Assembly (NCBI GenBank): GCA_043778225.1
Contig: JAYWGM010000078.1
Coordinates: 1-17,537, forward strand
Direction: 5' to 3'
From: Deinococcales bacterium
Lineage (GTDB): Bacteria; Deinococcota; Deinococci; Deinococcales; JAAFIG01
Length of the DNA: 17,537 nt
Shown here piece after piece: positions 1 through 8,890 of this stretch. Both the position numbers and the translations under genes were made by a program. Under the pieces are notes generated by a model that worked only from the letters and a program-made list of their open reading frames with translations, was not told the DNA's origin and made no database searches. The first letter of the stretch is position 1, and every line of letters begins with the position of its first letter.

Positions 1-97
1 GATTAAACCAATTGCCATGGAAAAGGAATTGCGCTTTGCAATTCGTGAAGGTGGACGGACAGTTGGGGCTGGCGTTGTTACAGAAATTCTTGAGTAA
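1..97 (+). CDS. tuf: Elongation factor Tu, 3' end (partial)
   Basis: Frame from base 2 reads [31 protein letters not shown], the conserved EF-Tu C-terminus; TAA at 95-97; lies directly upstream of rpsJ. Confidence 0.97.
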   Translation, partial: IKPIAMEKELRFAIREGGRTVGAGVVTEILE

Positions 98-106
98 ATA
101 AAGCCC

Positions 107-138
107 ACCGCGCAGGGGTCAAAGACCTTTTGCGCGGT
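107..138 (+). promoter_or_regulatory. GC-rich hairpin in the tuf-rpsJ spacer
   Basis: ACCGCGCA(107-114)/TGCGCGGT(131-138) outer stem and GGTC-AAA-GACC inner stem; no U-tract follows on +. Confidence 0.5.
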
Positions 139-164
139 AACTTGTCATGAAGTATGGAGTAAGC

Positions 165-485
165 ATGGGACCTAAAATTCGTATCAAATTGCGTGGCTTT
201 GACCACCGCTCGTTGGACTCGAGCGCCGCGAAAATCGTGGATGCCGTTAAGCGCTCTGGCGCAGATGTGGCTGGACCAATTCCACTTCCAACCCGTATTC
301 GTCGTTTTACGGTGATTCGCGGACCGTTCAAGCACAAAGACAGCCGCGAACACTTCGAGCTTCGTACCCACAATCGTTTGGTAGACATTACCAACCCAAC
401 CAAAAAAACCATCGAAAGTTTAAGCACCTTGGATCTTCCAAGTGGTGTTGAAATCGAAGTTAAAACGGTAGGAGGTGCTGCATGA
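165..485 (+). CDS. rpsJ: 30S ribosomal protein S10
   Basis: [34 protein letters not shown] motifs; GGAG at 156-159 supports ATG 165. Confidence 0.98.
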   Translation: MGPKIRIKLRGFDHRSLDSSAAKIVDAVKRSGADVAGPIPLPTRIRRFTVIRGPFKHKDSREHFELRTHNRLVDITNPTKKTIESLSTLDLPSGVEIEVKTVGGAA

Positions 486-1105
486 AAGGCATCCTCGGCA
501 CAAAAGTCGGTATGACCCAAGTCTGGAAAAATGACAAGGTGATTCCAGTGACAGTCGTGCTGGCGGGACCCTGCCCAGTGGTGCAGCGTAAAACCCCAGC
601 AAACGATGGTTACAGTGCAGTTCAAATTGGTTTTGGTGAATCACCAAAGAAGGCTCTGAGTAAACCAGAACTTGGTCATCTCGAGAAAGCAAAATCTGCC
701 CCAATGCGCCACTTGCGCGAATTCCGTGATTACGCCCCAGAAGCCGACACCATCACTGCCGAGATTTTTACGGCTGGCGAAAAAGTAGATGTGGTTGGAA
801 CTTCTAAAGGTCGCGGTTTTACTGGTGTGATGAAGCGCTGGAATTTCCAAGGTGGTCCTGCTTCGCACGGTGCGAAGAAATGGCATCGCCGTGGTGGTTC
901 GATTGGCGCTCGTAAAACCCCAGGTCGGGTTATTAAAGGTAAAAAAATGCCAGGTCATTATGGTGTCGAACGCACCACCACCCAGAATCTCGAGGTCGTT
1001 GAGGTTCGTGCTTCGGAAAATCTGCTTTTAATTAAAGGCGCAATTCCGGGTGCAAATGGTGGTCTTGTGATGATTAAGCAAGCCAGAAAGGGAGGAGGGA
1101 AATAA
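482..1105 (+). CDS. rplC: 50S ribosomal protein L3
   Basis: [43 protein letters not shown] overlap with rpsJ. Confidence 0.98.
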   Translation: MKGILGTKVGMTQVWKNDKVIPVTVVLAGPCPVVQRKTPANDGYSAVQIGFGESPKKALSKPELGHLEKAKSAPMRHLREFRDYAPEADTITAEIFTAGEKVDVVGTSKGRGFTGVMKRWNFQGGPASHGAKKWHRRGGSIGARKTPGRVIKGKKMPGHYGVERTTTQNLEVVEVRASENLLLIKGAIPGANGGLVMIKQARKGGGK

Positions 1106-2250
1106 TGCCGAGCATTAGCGTTATCGGAAACAATCCGGGTAGTCTCGAGTTGACTCTCCCGACTGCCAAGACCCATGTCTTGTACGAAGTCGTCAATTGG
1201 CAACTCGCCAAGCGTCGCCGTGGTACTGCCAGTACCCAAACTCGCGCCGAAGTCAGTCGTACAGGCAAGAAGCTCTACAGCCAAAAAGGAACTGGTAATG
1301 CCCGTCACGGCGACCGTTCTGCCCCAATTTATGTTGGTGGTGGTGCAGCTTTTGGTCCTAAGCCACGCAATTACGATTACACCTTGCCTAAAAAAGTGCG
1401 TAAGTTGGGCTTAGCGATGGCGGTCTCGAGCCGTGTGTCCGAAGGTAAAGTTTTAGCCGTAGATGGATTTAGCCTCGATGGCAAAACTAAGGGCTTTTTG
1501 GCATGGGCAAAAGAACACGGTATGGACGGTTCAGAACGTGTGTTCTTAGTCACCGACGACCTCATGGCAATTCGTGCGGCTAAGAATCTGCACTGGGTCA
1601 CGGCGGTTAAGGCGGCTGGCTTAAATTGCTACGATGTTTTACGCCACGAACAATTGGTTGCTGATAAAGCAGTTCTTTTGGCAGTTGGTACAAGCCTGAA
1701 CTTCAAAGCTGAGCAACTTCAGAAAGCCGAAGCTCGAGCAGCAGCCTTAAAAGCTGATAATGAAGCCATCGCCCTAAAAGCCAATCCAATGCCAGTGCCA
1801 CAAGCTCGAGCTTCAAAAGGTCCAAAAGGTACTTTGGCAAAAGCAACCTTGGCGGCAAGTAGCAAGGCTGATGTTGTCGCAAAACCAGCTAAAGCTGCCA
1901 AACCAGCTAAAGTTGCGATAGAAGATGCGGTTGTTGAAGTCGCACCAAAAGCTGCTCAGAAAGTGGCGGCTGGAGACGACTTAAAGCGCATCGAAGGCAT
2001 TGGTCCAAAAATCAATGATGCACTGTTATCGGCTGGAATCAATACCTTTGCCGAATTGGCAGCCGCAACCGAAGACAGCCTTAAAGCTGCCCTCGAGACG
2101 GCTGGTATGCGTTCGCACCCAAGCATGGGTACATGGGCAGAACAATCTGGTTACTTGGCGCGTGGTGATGAAGCAGGATTTGTGACCTTAACTGAGAAAT
2201 TGGTGGCAGGACGCGCCGTGCCTACTGAAGACAAAGAAGGTGACGCATGA
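1105..2250 (+). CDS. rplD: 50S ribosomal protein L4 with long C-terminal extension (Ala/Lys/Pro linker plus HhH domain)
   Basis: RRRGTASTQTRAEV, QKGTGNARHG, GGGAAFGPKPR in the first ~190 aa; ORF runs on to 381 aa and includes DDLKRIEGIGPK; SD GGAGG; stop overlaps rplW start. Confidence 0.96.
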   Translation: MPSISVIGNNPGSLELTLPTAKTHVLYEVVNWQLAKRRRGTASTQTRAEVSRTGKKLYSQKGTGNARHGDRSAPIYVGGGAAFGPKPRNYDYTLPKKVRKLGLAMAVSSRVSEGKVLAVDGFSLDGKTKGFLAWAKEHGMDGSERVFLVTDDLMAIRAAKNLHWVTAVKAAGLNCYDVLRHEQLVADKAVLLAVGTSLNFKAEQLQKAEARAAALKADNEAIALKANPMPVPQARASKGPKGTLAKATLAASSKADVVAKPAKAAKPAKVAIEDAVVEVAPKAAQKVAAGDDLKRIEGIGPKINDALLSAGINTFAELAAATEDSLKAALETAGMRSHPSMGTWAEQSGYLARGDEAGFVTLTEKLVAGRAVPTEDKEGDA

Positions 2251-2537
2251 ACTCGGTTTATGACGTACTGCTCGAGCCAGTCTCGAGTGAAAAAGCCTAT
2301 GCTGGAATGGCGGACGGCAAGTACAGCTTTTGGGTTCACCCACAAGCCAATAAGACACTCGTTAAAAACGCGGTGCAAAAAGCATTTGGCGTTAAAGTCG
2401 TTGCTGTGAACGTGCAGAATGTGCGCGGTACACATAAGCGCGTCGGTCGTTTCGCTGGTTTAACTGCTGCCCGCCGTAAGGCAATTGTGCAGTTAGCCGA
2501 TGGACAAAAGATCGAAGCGCTCGAGGGGGCAAGCTAA
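2247..2537 (+). CDS. rplW: 50S ribosomal protein L23
   Basis: [38 protein letters not shown]. Confidence 0.97.
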   Translation: MNSVYDVLLEPVSSEKAYAGMADGKYSFWVHPQANKTLVKNAVQKAFGVKVVAVNVQNVRGTHKRVGRFAGLTAARRKAIVQLADGQKIEALEGAS

Positions 2538-2538
2538 A

Positions 2539-3375
2539 ATGCCAACCAAAGAATATCGTCCGTATACCCCGAGCCGTCGTTACATCACGACCCTCGACTT
2601 TTCTGACCTGACCAAAAAGCGTCCAGAGAAGTCCCTGACTGCGCCACTGCCTAAAACCGGTGGTCGTAGCAACACTGGTCGCACCACCAGCCGTTTTATC
2701 GGTGGTGGACACAAGCGCTTGTACCGCATTATCGATTTTAAGCGCCGCGACAAGGGTGGCGTGCCAGCCAAAGTGGCTGCCATCGAATACGATCCAAATC
2801 GTTCGGCAAACATTGCCCTGCTGCATTACCTCGATGGCGAGAAGCGTTATATCCTTGCGCCAGATGGTGTTGAAGTCGGTAGCCGTATTGTTAGTGGACC
2901 AGAAGCTGAACCTCGAGTCGGCAATGCCATGCCGCTTCGTTTTATCCCAGTTGGTACAGTCGTTCACAGCATCGAATTGGTGCCTGGACGTGGTGCAAAA
3001 ATGGCTCGTAGTGCTGGAACTAGCGCTCAAGTCCAAGGTAAAGAAGGCGACTATGTGGTGCTTCGTTTGCCATCGGGCGAGTTGCGTCGGGTTCACACCG
3101 AGTGTTACGCCACGGTTGGCGTGGTAGGCAATGCCGACCATAAAAACGTGGTTATTGGTAAGGCAGGTCGTCAGCGTTGGATGGGCAACAAGCCACATCA
3201 ACGCGGCAGTTCAATGAACCCTGTTGACCACCCACACGGTGGTGGTGAAGGTCGCGCCCCTACAGGTCGTGTCCCAGTCTCGCCTTGGGGTAAAATTGCA
3301 AAAGGTGGCAAGACACGTAAAAAGCGTAACACCTCGAGTGATTTCATCATTTCTCGTCGTAAGAACTCGAGATAA
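2539..3375 (+). CDS. rplB: 50S ribosomal protein L2
   Basis: [43 protein letters not shown] 2539 just after the rplW stop. Confidence 0.98.
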   Translation: MPTKEYRPYTPSRRYITTLDFSDLTKKRPEKSLTAPLPKTGGRSNTGRTTSRFIGGGHKRLYRIIDFKRRDKGGVPAKVAAIEYDPNRSANIALLHYLDGEKRYILAPDGVEVGSRIVSGPEAEPRVGNAMPLRFIPVGTVVHSIELVPGRGAKMARSAGTSAQVQGKEGDYVVLRLPSGELRRVHTECYATVGVVGNADHKNVVIGKAGRQRWMGNKPHQRGSSMNPVDHPHGGGEGRAPTGRVPVSPWGKIAKGGKTRKKRNTSSDFIISRRKNSR

Positions 3376-3379
3376 AGGA

Positions 3380-3437
3380 CAGGTCGGGTCGGTGCGCTTG
3401 TGCCGATACCCCCTGATCTGCGCTGGCTATAACCAGC
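3380..3437 (+). promoter_or_regulatory. Structured rplB-rpsS spacer containing a 16S helix-21-like (S8-binding-site-like) hairpin
   Basis: CAGGTC(3380-85)/GATCTG(3415-20) base stem; GGTCG-GTGC-GCTT-GTGC-CGATACC (3387-3410); small hairpin GCTGG/CCAGC (3422-3437) just before the SD AAGGAG. Confidence 0.55.
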
Positions 3438-3450
3438 AAGGAGTTAAATA

Positions 3451-3738
3451 ATGCCAAGGAGTGCCAAAAAAGGTCCATTTGTGGATCTCCACCTGCTCGA
3501 CAAAGTAGATGCTGCCAGCGCTAAAAACGATAAGCGCGTCATCAAAACTTGGTCGCGCCGCAGTACCATTGTTCCTGAAATGATTGGTTTAACGTTGGCT
3601 GTGCATAACGGTAAGCAACACGTCCCAGTTTATGTTTCAGAGAACATGGTCGGTCATAAGCTCGGCGAATTCTCGCCAACTCGTATCTTTAAGGGTCACA
3701 GTGGTGGCAAAGATGCTAAAGCCACAGGTAAGAAATAA
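3451..3738 (+). CDS. rpsS: 30S ribosomal protein S19
   Basis: [31 protein letters not shown]. Confidence 0.98.
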   Translation: MPRSAKKGPFVDLHLLDKVDAASAKNDKRVIKTWSRRSTIVPEMIGLTLAVHNGKQHVPVYVSENMVGHKLGEFSPTRIFKGHSGGKDAKATGKK

Positions 3739-4112
3739 TGGAAGCCTTCGCTTTAGCTAAATTTGTCCGTATCACCCCACGCAAAATGCGTTTGGTGATT
3801 GACCTGATTCGTGGCAAAACCGTCAAGGATGCAGAAGACCTCTTGAAATTTATTCCAAAGGGTGCAACCACACCAATTGCTAAAGTCTTAAAGAGCGCCA
3901 AAGCCAACGCTACCAACAACTTCGATATGCTCGAGGATCAGTTGTACATCAAGAGTGCTTTTGTCAACGAAGGTCCGACCCTGAAACGGATTATTCCTCG
4001 GGCTCGTGGTCGTGGTGATGGTTTATTAAAACGCACCAGTCATGTGACGATTATTCTCGAGGAAATGCCAGAAGGTAAAACCCGAAACAGCGGTAAAGGT
4101 GGGAAGCGATAA
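3738..4112 (+). CDS. rplV: 50S ribosomal protein L22
   Basis: VRITPRKMRLVIDLIRGK, VNEGPTLKR, PRARGR, KRTSHVTI. Confidence 0.98.
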   Translation: MEAFALAKFVRITPRKMRLVIDLIRGKTVKDAEDLLKFIPKGATTPIAKVLKSAKANATNNFDMLEDQLYIKSAFVNEGPTLKRIIPRARGRGDGLLKRTSHVTIILEEMPEGKTRNSGKGGKR

Positions 4113-4897
4113 TGGGTAATAAAATCAATCCACTCGGTCTACGCATCGGGATTAACAAAGACCACTTGTCCAAATGGTTTGCGACCAAAAAAGATTACGC
4201 CAAATTGATTGTCGAAGACAGCAAAATCCGTAAGATGGTCAATAAAGAATTGAACAATGCTGGTGTGGCAACAATCAACATTGAACGGGCGGCTCATCAA
4301 GTCAATGTCACCGTCAAGGCTGCCAAGCCCGGTGTTGTTATTGGTAAGGATGGCTCAAATATCAAGAAATTGCGCGATACATTAACTGCCGTAGTTGGTC
4401 ATACCAGCACTGTGGCTGTCAATGTCGAAGAAGTCGGCAACCCAAACACCAGCGCTCCGTTAATCGCGCAACGCATTGCCGAACAAATCGAACGCCGTTT
4501 TGCTTACAAGCGTGCCATGCAGCAAGCGATTCAAAAAGTGATGGAATCTGGTGCAAAGGGCTGTAAAATCGTGGTTTCGGGTCGTCTTGGTGGCGCAGAG
4601 CAAGGTCGCAAAGAAACCCGCATGGAAGGTCGCGTACCACTTCATACCCTGCGTGCCGACATTGATTATGGTTTTGCCGAAGCCTTAACCACCTATGGCA
4701 AGCTCGGTATCAAAGTGATTGTCTTTAATGGCGAAGTGATTGGTAAGCAAGATGGCACACGCCTCGCCCCACGCCCAATGGCTCGAGGCGGCGCAGATGG
4801 TGCAAAAAGCGGCGGCGATGACCGCCGTGGTGGCGCTGGTGCAAACCGCACCCGTCCGGGCGCTCGCGCTCGTCGTCCAGAGAAGGGAGGCGCGTAA
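4112..4897 (+). CDS. rpsC: 30S ribosomal protein S3
   Basis: [35 protein letters not shown]; Gly/Arg-rich C-terminal tail. Confidence 0.98.
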   Translation: MGNKINPLGLRIGINKDHLSKWFATKKDYAKLIVEDSKIRKMVNKELNNAGVATINIERAAHQVNVTVKAAKPGVVIGKDGSNIKKLRDTLTAVVGHTSTVAVNVEEVGNPNTSAPLIAQRIAEQIERRFAYKRAMQQAIQKVMESGAKGCKIVVSGRLGGAEQGRKETRMEGRVPLHTLRADIDYGFAEALTTYGKLGIKVIVFNGEVIGKQDGTRLAPRPMARGGADGAKSGGDDRRGGAGANRTRPGARARRPEKGGA

Positions 4898-5322
4898 TGT
4901 TACTTCCAAAACGCATGAAGTTCCGTAAGCAAATGAAGGGTCGTATGCGCGGCTCAACCAAAGGCGGCGATTACATCGCCTTCGGAGATTTTGGTCTGGT
5001 GGCACTAGAAGCCGCTTGGATTCGTTCCAACCACATCGAAGCCTGCCGTATCAGCATGAGTCGCTATTTTCGCCGTGGTGGTAAAATCTATATTCGTATC
5101 TTCCCAGATAAGCCAATCACCAAAAAGCCTGCCGAAACCCGCATGGGTAGCGGTAAAGGCGCGGTCGAATACTGGGTGGCTGTGGTCAAACCGGGTCGTG
5201 TGATGTTTGAAGTCGAAGGCGTGACCGAAGAACAAGCCCGCGAAGCCTTTCGTTTAGCTGGACACAAACTCCCAATTAAAACGAAGTTTGTCACAAGGGA
5301 GGTCTACGATGAAGCGCAATGA
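4897..5322 (+). CDS. rplP: 50S ribosomal protein L16
   Basis: [42 protein letters not shown]. Confidence 0.98.
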   Translation: MLLPKRMKFRKQMKGRMRGSTKGGDYIAFGDFGLVALEAAWIRSNHIEACRISMSRYFRRGGKIYIRIFPDKPITKKPAETRMGSGKGAVEYWVAVVKPGRVMFEVEGVTEEQAREAFRLAGHKLPIKTKFVTREVYDEAQ

Positions 5323-5533
5323 GTCCCTAAAAGCCTTCCGCGAGATGAACGTCGTTAATCTCGATAAAGAAGTTGCAACTCGTAAAGAAGAACTGATGAA
5401 ACTCCGCTTCCAAAAAGTGGTCAGTACCGTCCAGAATACCTCGAGACTAAGTCTTCTTCGCAAAGAAATCGCGCAACTCTTGACCATCGCTACCGAAAAA
5501 CGCGGCGAAGGTCTTGCAAAGAAGGTGAAGTAA
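5309..5533 (+). CDS. rpmC: 50S ribosomal protein L29
   Basis: [10 protein letters not shown]...[10 protein letters not shown]; position between rplP and rpsQ; SD GGGAGG before ATG 5309. Confidence 0.93.
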   Translation: MKRNESLKAFREMNVVNLDKEVATRKEELMKLRFQKVVSTVQNTSRLSLLRKEIAQLLTIATEKRGEGLAKKVK

Positions 5534-5782
5534 ATGGCGGTTAAAACATTTATTGGTACAGTGGTGTCCGACAAAGCCAACAAGACCATTTCGGTCAAGG
5601 TCGAACGCAAGTTCACCCATCCCTTGTATGGCAAAGTGGTGACCCGCTCGAAGAAATATGCGACACACGATGAAAACAACGAATACAAAGCAGGCGACAT
5701 CGTTGAAATCATTGCTGTGCGCCCAATCAGCAAGACCAAAACGTGGAAAGTCAATCGTTTGGTCGAGTCGAAAAAGGACTAG
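5534..5782 (+). CDS. rpsQ: 30S ribosomal protein S17
   Basis: [34 protein letters not shown]. Confidence 0.98.
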   Translation: MAVKTFIGTVVSDKANKTISVKVERKFTHPLYGKVVTRSKKYATHDENNEYKAGDIVEIIAVRPISKTKTWKVNRLVESKKD

Positions 5783-5784
5783 TC

Positions 5785-6168
5785 ATGATTCAATCCTTTA
5801 CAGAATTAGATGTTGCCGACAATACTGGCGCAAAGAAAGTAATGTGCTTTCGCGTCATGGGTGGATTGTCTCGCGGTAGCGGCAACCAAAAGTACGCTGG
5901 CGTAGGCGATGTCATTATTGCCAGCGTTAAAGAATGCGCTCCTCGCGGTACGGTTAAAAAAGGTGATGTTGTCAAATGCGTGGTCGTCCGAACCAGCAAG
6001 GTCGTTAAACGCGCCGATGGCAGTGCCATTCGCTTTGACCGCAATGCTGCCGTGATTATCAACAAAGAAGGCGAACCTCGAGGTACACGTGTTTTCGGAC
6101 CGATTGCTCGAGAACTTCGTGACCGTAAGTTCATGAAGATTGTTTCGCTCGCTCCGGAGGTGTTGTAA
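5785..6168 (+). CDS. rplN: 50S ribosomal protein L14
   Basis: [42 protein letters not shown]; short Gly-rich loop insertion. Confidence 0.98.
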   Translation: MIQSFTELDVADNTGAKKVMCFRVMGGLSRGSGNQKYAGVGDVIIASVKECAPRGTVKKGDVVKCVVVRTSKVVKRADGSAIRFDRNAAVIINKEGEPRGTRVFGPIARELRDRKFMKIVSLAPEVL

Positions 6169-6482
6169 TGCACGTTAAGAGTGGCGACACCGTTAAAGTG
6201 CTGCGCGGCAAAGACCGTGGCACAATTGCAAAAGTCTTAAAAGTTTTGCCAAAAGAAGAGACTGTCTTGGTTGAAGGTGTCAATATCGTCACCAAAGCAG
6301 TTAAACCATCCGAAACCAACCGCACTGGTGGTTTCACCAAGTTTGAATCGCCAATCCATGCTTCTAAAGTCATGGTTGTGGATTCAGAAGGTAAAGCCAC
6401 CCGCATCGGTATGAAAGAAATCAACGGTAAGAAGGTGCGCGTCTCCAAGAAGAGCGGCGTAACCATCGAAGAGAGTAGGTGA
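6168..6482 (+). CDS. rplX: 50S ribosomal protein L24
   Basis: [17 protein letters not shown] (KOW), [16 protein letters not shown]. Confidence 0.97.
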   Translation: MHVKSGDTVKVLRGKDRGTIAKVLKVLPKEETVLVEGVNIVTKAVKPSETNRTGGFTKFESPIHASKVMVVDSEGKATRIGMKEINGKKVRVSKKSGVTIEESR

Positions 6483-6487
6483 GTTAT

Positions 6488-7033
6488 ATGGCAATGGAGC
6501 GATTAAAAATCACCTACCAAACGACAGTCCGCGAGGACATGATGAAGCGCTTTGGTTACACCAGCCCAATGGCAGTCCCAGCCCTTGTCAAAGTCGTGGT
6601 CAATCAAGGCATCGGTGAAGCCAAGGACGACAGCAAATTGCTCGAGAAAGCCCAAAAAGACATGGCAACAATCACGCTGCAAAAGCCAATTGTCACCAAG
6701 TCCAAGAAAAGCGTCTCGAACTTTAAGCTCCGTGCTGGTCAAAGCGTTGGTCTTAAAGTCACCTTGCGTGGCGAAAAAATGTACACCTTCCTCGAGAAAC
6801 TCTTGAATGTCGCCTTACCGCGTATTCGTGATTTCCGTGGAGTCAACCCAAACAGCTTTGATGGTCGTGGTAACTACAACTTGGGTATCAAAGAACAAAT
6901 GGTTTTCCCAGAAATTACCTACGAAATGGTAGATGCAACCCGTGGATTTGACATCACGGTCGTGACCACTGCCAAGAATGATGAAGAAGGTCGGGCGTTA
7001 CTCGAGGGACTCGGATTCCCATTTAAGAAATAA
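6488..7033 (+). CDS. rplE: 50S ribosomal protein L5
   Basis: [40 protein letters not shown]; start at ATG 6488 (6494 is an alternative). Confidence 0.97.
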   Translation: MAMERLKITYQTTVREDMMKRFGYTSPMAVPALVKVVVNQGIGEAKDDSKLLEKAQKDMATITLQKPIVTKSKKSVSNFKLRAGQSVGLKVTLRGEKMYTFLEKLLNVALPRIRDFRGVNPNSFDGRGNYNLGIKEQMVFPEITYEMVDATRGFDITVVTTAKNDEEGRALLEGLGFPFKK

Positions 7034-7039
7034 ATTCTT

Positions 7040-7065
7040 GTAGGGCGAGGCACACCTCGCCCTAC
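7040..7065. repeat. GTAG-type REP-like palindrome
   Basis: Perfect 11-bp inverted repeat GTAGGGCGAGG-CACA-CCTCGCCCTAC starting with GTAG on both strands; no U-tract. Confidence 0.6.
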
Positions 7066-7077
7066 GATAGGAGACCT

Positions 7078-7347
7078 ATGGCAATTCAATCAAAGAAAGC
7101 TCGTCAAAAACAACGCGAAGTGCTGGTTAAGAAATTCGCCGCCAAACGTGCCGCCATGAAAGCTGCTGGCGATTATGTTGGTCTGCAAAGCATTCCACGT
7201 AATGCCAGCCCAGTTCGTCTTCGCAATCGCTGCTCGGAAACTGGTCGTCCACGTGGTTACGTTGGCTTTTTTGGTCTGAGCCGTATTGTGCTGCGCGAAA
7301 AAGCCCACGCTGGCGAATTGCCCGGCGTGACCAAATCCAGCCGCTAA
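7078..7347 (+). CDS. rpsN: 30S ribosomal protein S14, 89-aa zinc-free (C-) type
   Basis: [45 protein letters not shown]; only one Cys; SD AGGAG. Confidence 0.96.
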   Translation: MAIQSKKARQKQREVLVKKFAAKRAAMKAAGDYVGLQSIPRNASPVRLRNRCSETGRPRGYVGFFGLSRIVLREKAHAGELPGVTKSSR

Positions 7348-7596
7348 CGTCATCGAAACGTGATAAAGGGTCAAAAGCCTTTTTTCTGCAAGCTAATTTG
7401 CTGTACGCTCCACTGCTTGGGTCAAACCAAGTTTTATTTAACTTGAGAAGTTCGTGCTAGGGGTTCAAGCCTAGTAGCAGAGTCTTGAGTCGGTGCGGGG
7501 ATGGTCGAATGAGTTCATCCGATACCACCCGCGAAGCTAGAAAACGGTTTAAGCTCGGACAACGGGTCGAAAAACCGATTAACAGGAGAAGCAAAA
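7348..7596 (+). promoter_or_regulatory. 249-nt structured leader upstream of rpsH with a 16S helix-21-like hairpin
   Basis: Several hairpins by inspection; GCGGG(7495-99)/CCCGC(7528-32) encloses GGTCG-AATG-AGTT-CATC-CGATACC (7503-7526); SD AGGAG before rpsH. Confidence 0.6.
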
Positions 7597-7995
7597 ATGC
7601 TTTCAGATCCAATTGCAGATATGCTCACCCGCATCCGAAACGCGGTGCGTGGGTACAAGGAAACGGTAGATATTCCCGCTTCTAAGTTCAAAGAGCGGAT
7701 TGCCCATATCCTCGAAAAAGAGGGTTACGTTAAAGGTGTAGAGCGTGTCAAACTCGAGACTGGTTTTGAAATAATTCGTGTAGGCTTAAAATACGGCGCA
7801 AAACGCGAACCCGTCATTAAAAGTATTACTCGCATTAGCCGTCCCGGTCGTCGGGCTTACGTGACTTCGGATAATCTGCCAAAGATTCACGCAGGTTTAG
7901 GCATGAGCATTGTCAGCACCTCCAAGGGACTGATGGTTGACCGCGATGCACGCAAAAGTGGCATCGGTGGCGAAGTAATCTGCGAGGTGTGGTAA
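7597..7995 (+). CDS. rpsH: 30S ribosomal protein S8
   Basis: [42 protein letters not shown]. Confidence 0.98.
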   Translation: MLSDPIADMLTRIRNAVRGYKETVDIPASKFKERIAHILEKEGYVKGVERVKLETGFEIIRVGLKYGAKREPVIKSITRISRPGRRAYVTSDNLPKIHAGLGMSIVSTSKGLMVDRDARKSGIGGEVICEVW

Positions 7996-8552
7996 TGAGC
8001 CGCATCGGTCGTCAACCCATTGCCCTACCTAAGGGCGTAACCGTCAATATCGGTGCTGGTTTAGTCAAGGTTAAGGGTGCAAAAGGCGAGCTTCACGTGC
8101 CAGTCAACGCCGAAATCTTAATTCAAGAAGAAGCTGGTAACATCAACGTTACCCGTCCATCGGACAGCCGCACTCATCGTGCCATGCACGGTTTAACCCG
8201 TACTTTGGTGGCTAATGCAATTCAGGGTGTCAGTGCTGGTTTTCAAAAGAACCTCGAGCTACATGGCGTGGGCTTTCGCGCCAAGCTCAATGGTAAGGTT
8301 CTCGAGTTAGCCATTGGTTACAGTCACCCAGTGATTATCGAACCACCAGAGGGCATCAGCTTTGTTTTGCCAGACCAAACCAAGATTCAGATTCATGGCA
8401 TTGACAAGCAGTTGGTTGGACAAGTCACCGCTAATATCCGCAAAGTCCGTAAGCCCGATGCCTACCACGGTAAAGGCGTGCGCTTTGAGGGTGAACAACT
8501 GACCCTCAAACCCGGTAAGTCAGCCGCCGGTGGTAAGGGAGGTAAGAAATGA
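7995..8552 (+). CDS. rplF: 50S ribosomal protein L6
   Basis: [37 protein letters not shown]. Confidence 0.98.
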   Translation: MSRIGRQPIALPKGVTVNIGAGLVKVKGAKGELHVPVNAEILIQEEAGNINVTRPSDSRTHRAMHGLTRTLVANAIQGVSAGFQKNLELHGVGFRAKLNGKVLELAIGYSHPVIIEPPEGISFVLPDQTKIQIHGIDKQLVGQVTANIRKVRKPDAYHGKGVRFEGEQLTLKPGKSAAGGKGGKK

Positions 8553-8890
8553 GTTTAACTGCCAAAACGCGCCGTACATTTCGTACCCGCAACAAAATCA
8601 AAGCGGTCTCGAGTCGCCCACGTTTAAGCGTGTTCCGCAGCGACAAGCATATTTACGCCCAAATTATAGACGATGTGGCTGGAGCTACTTTAGCCGCCGC
8701 CTCGAGTGTCGCGCTTGAAACCAAGTCTGGTAACAAAACCGAAGTTGCTAAAGCCGTCGGGGTAGCAATTGCCCAAGCTGCTTTAAGCGCCAACATTAAA
8801 GCCGTAGTATTTGATCGTGGTTCGTACCAATACCACGGTCGTGTGAAAGCGCTCGCGGATGCGGCGCGGGAGGGTGGTCTTGACTTCTGA
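8549..8890 (+). CDS. rplR: 50S ribosomal protein L18
   Basis: [48 protein letters not shown]. Confidence 0.98.
   Translation: MSLTAKTRRTFRTRNKIKAVSSRPRLSVFRSDKHIYAQIIDDVAGATLAAASSVALETKSGNKTEVAKAVGVAIAQAALSANIKAVVFDRGSYQYHGRVKALADAAREGGLDF

Noticed and set aside
1..97. tuf tail MEKELRF and codons (cgg, gga, ggg) look slightly atypical, possibly a foreign tuf
   Set aside because: Only 31 codons are visible, too few to support the claim.
7413..7480. Cloverleaf-like fold with GGTTCAAG resembling a tRNA T-loop
   Set aside because: No 7-bp acceptor stem, proper anticodon arm or correctly paired T-arm.
7485..7685. 66-aa ORF in the rpsH leader
   Set aside because: It overlaps rpsH out of frame, has no SD and no motif; the region is better explained as structured RNA.
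7010..7750. Absence of CTCGAG across rpsN and its spacers as a sign of recent transfer
   Set aside because: Gaps of similar or greater length occur in native genes (about 4060-4780 and 13770-14680), so it is not significant.
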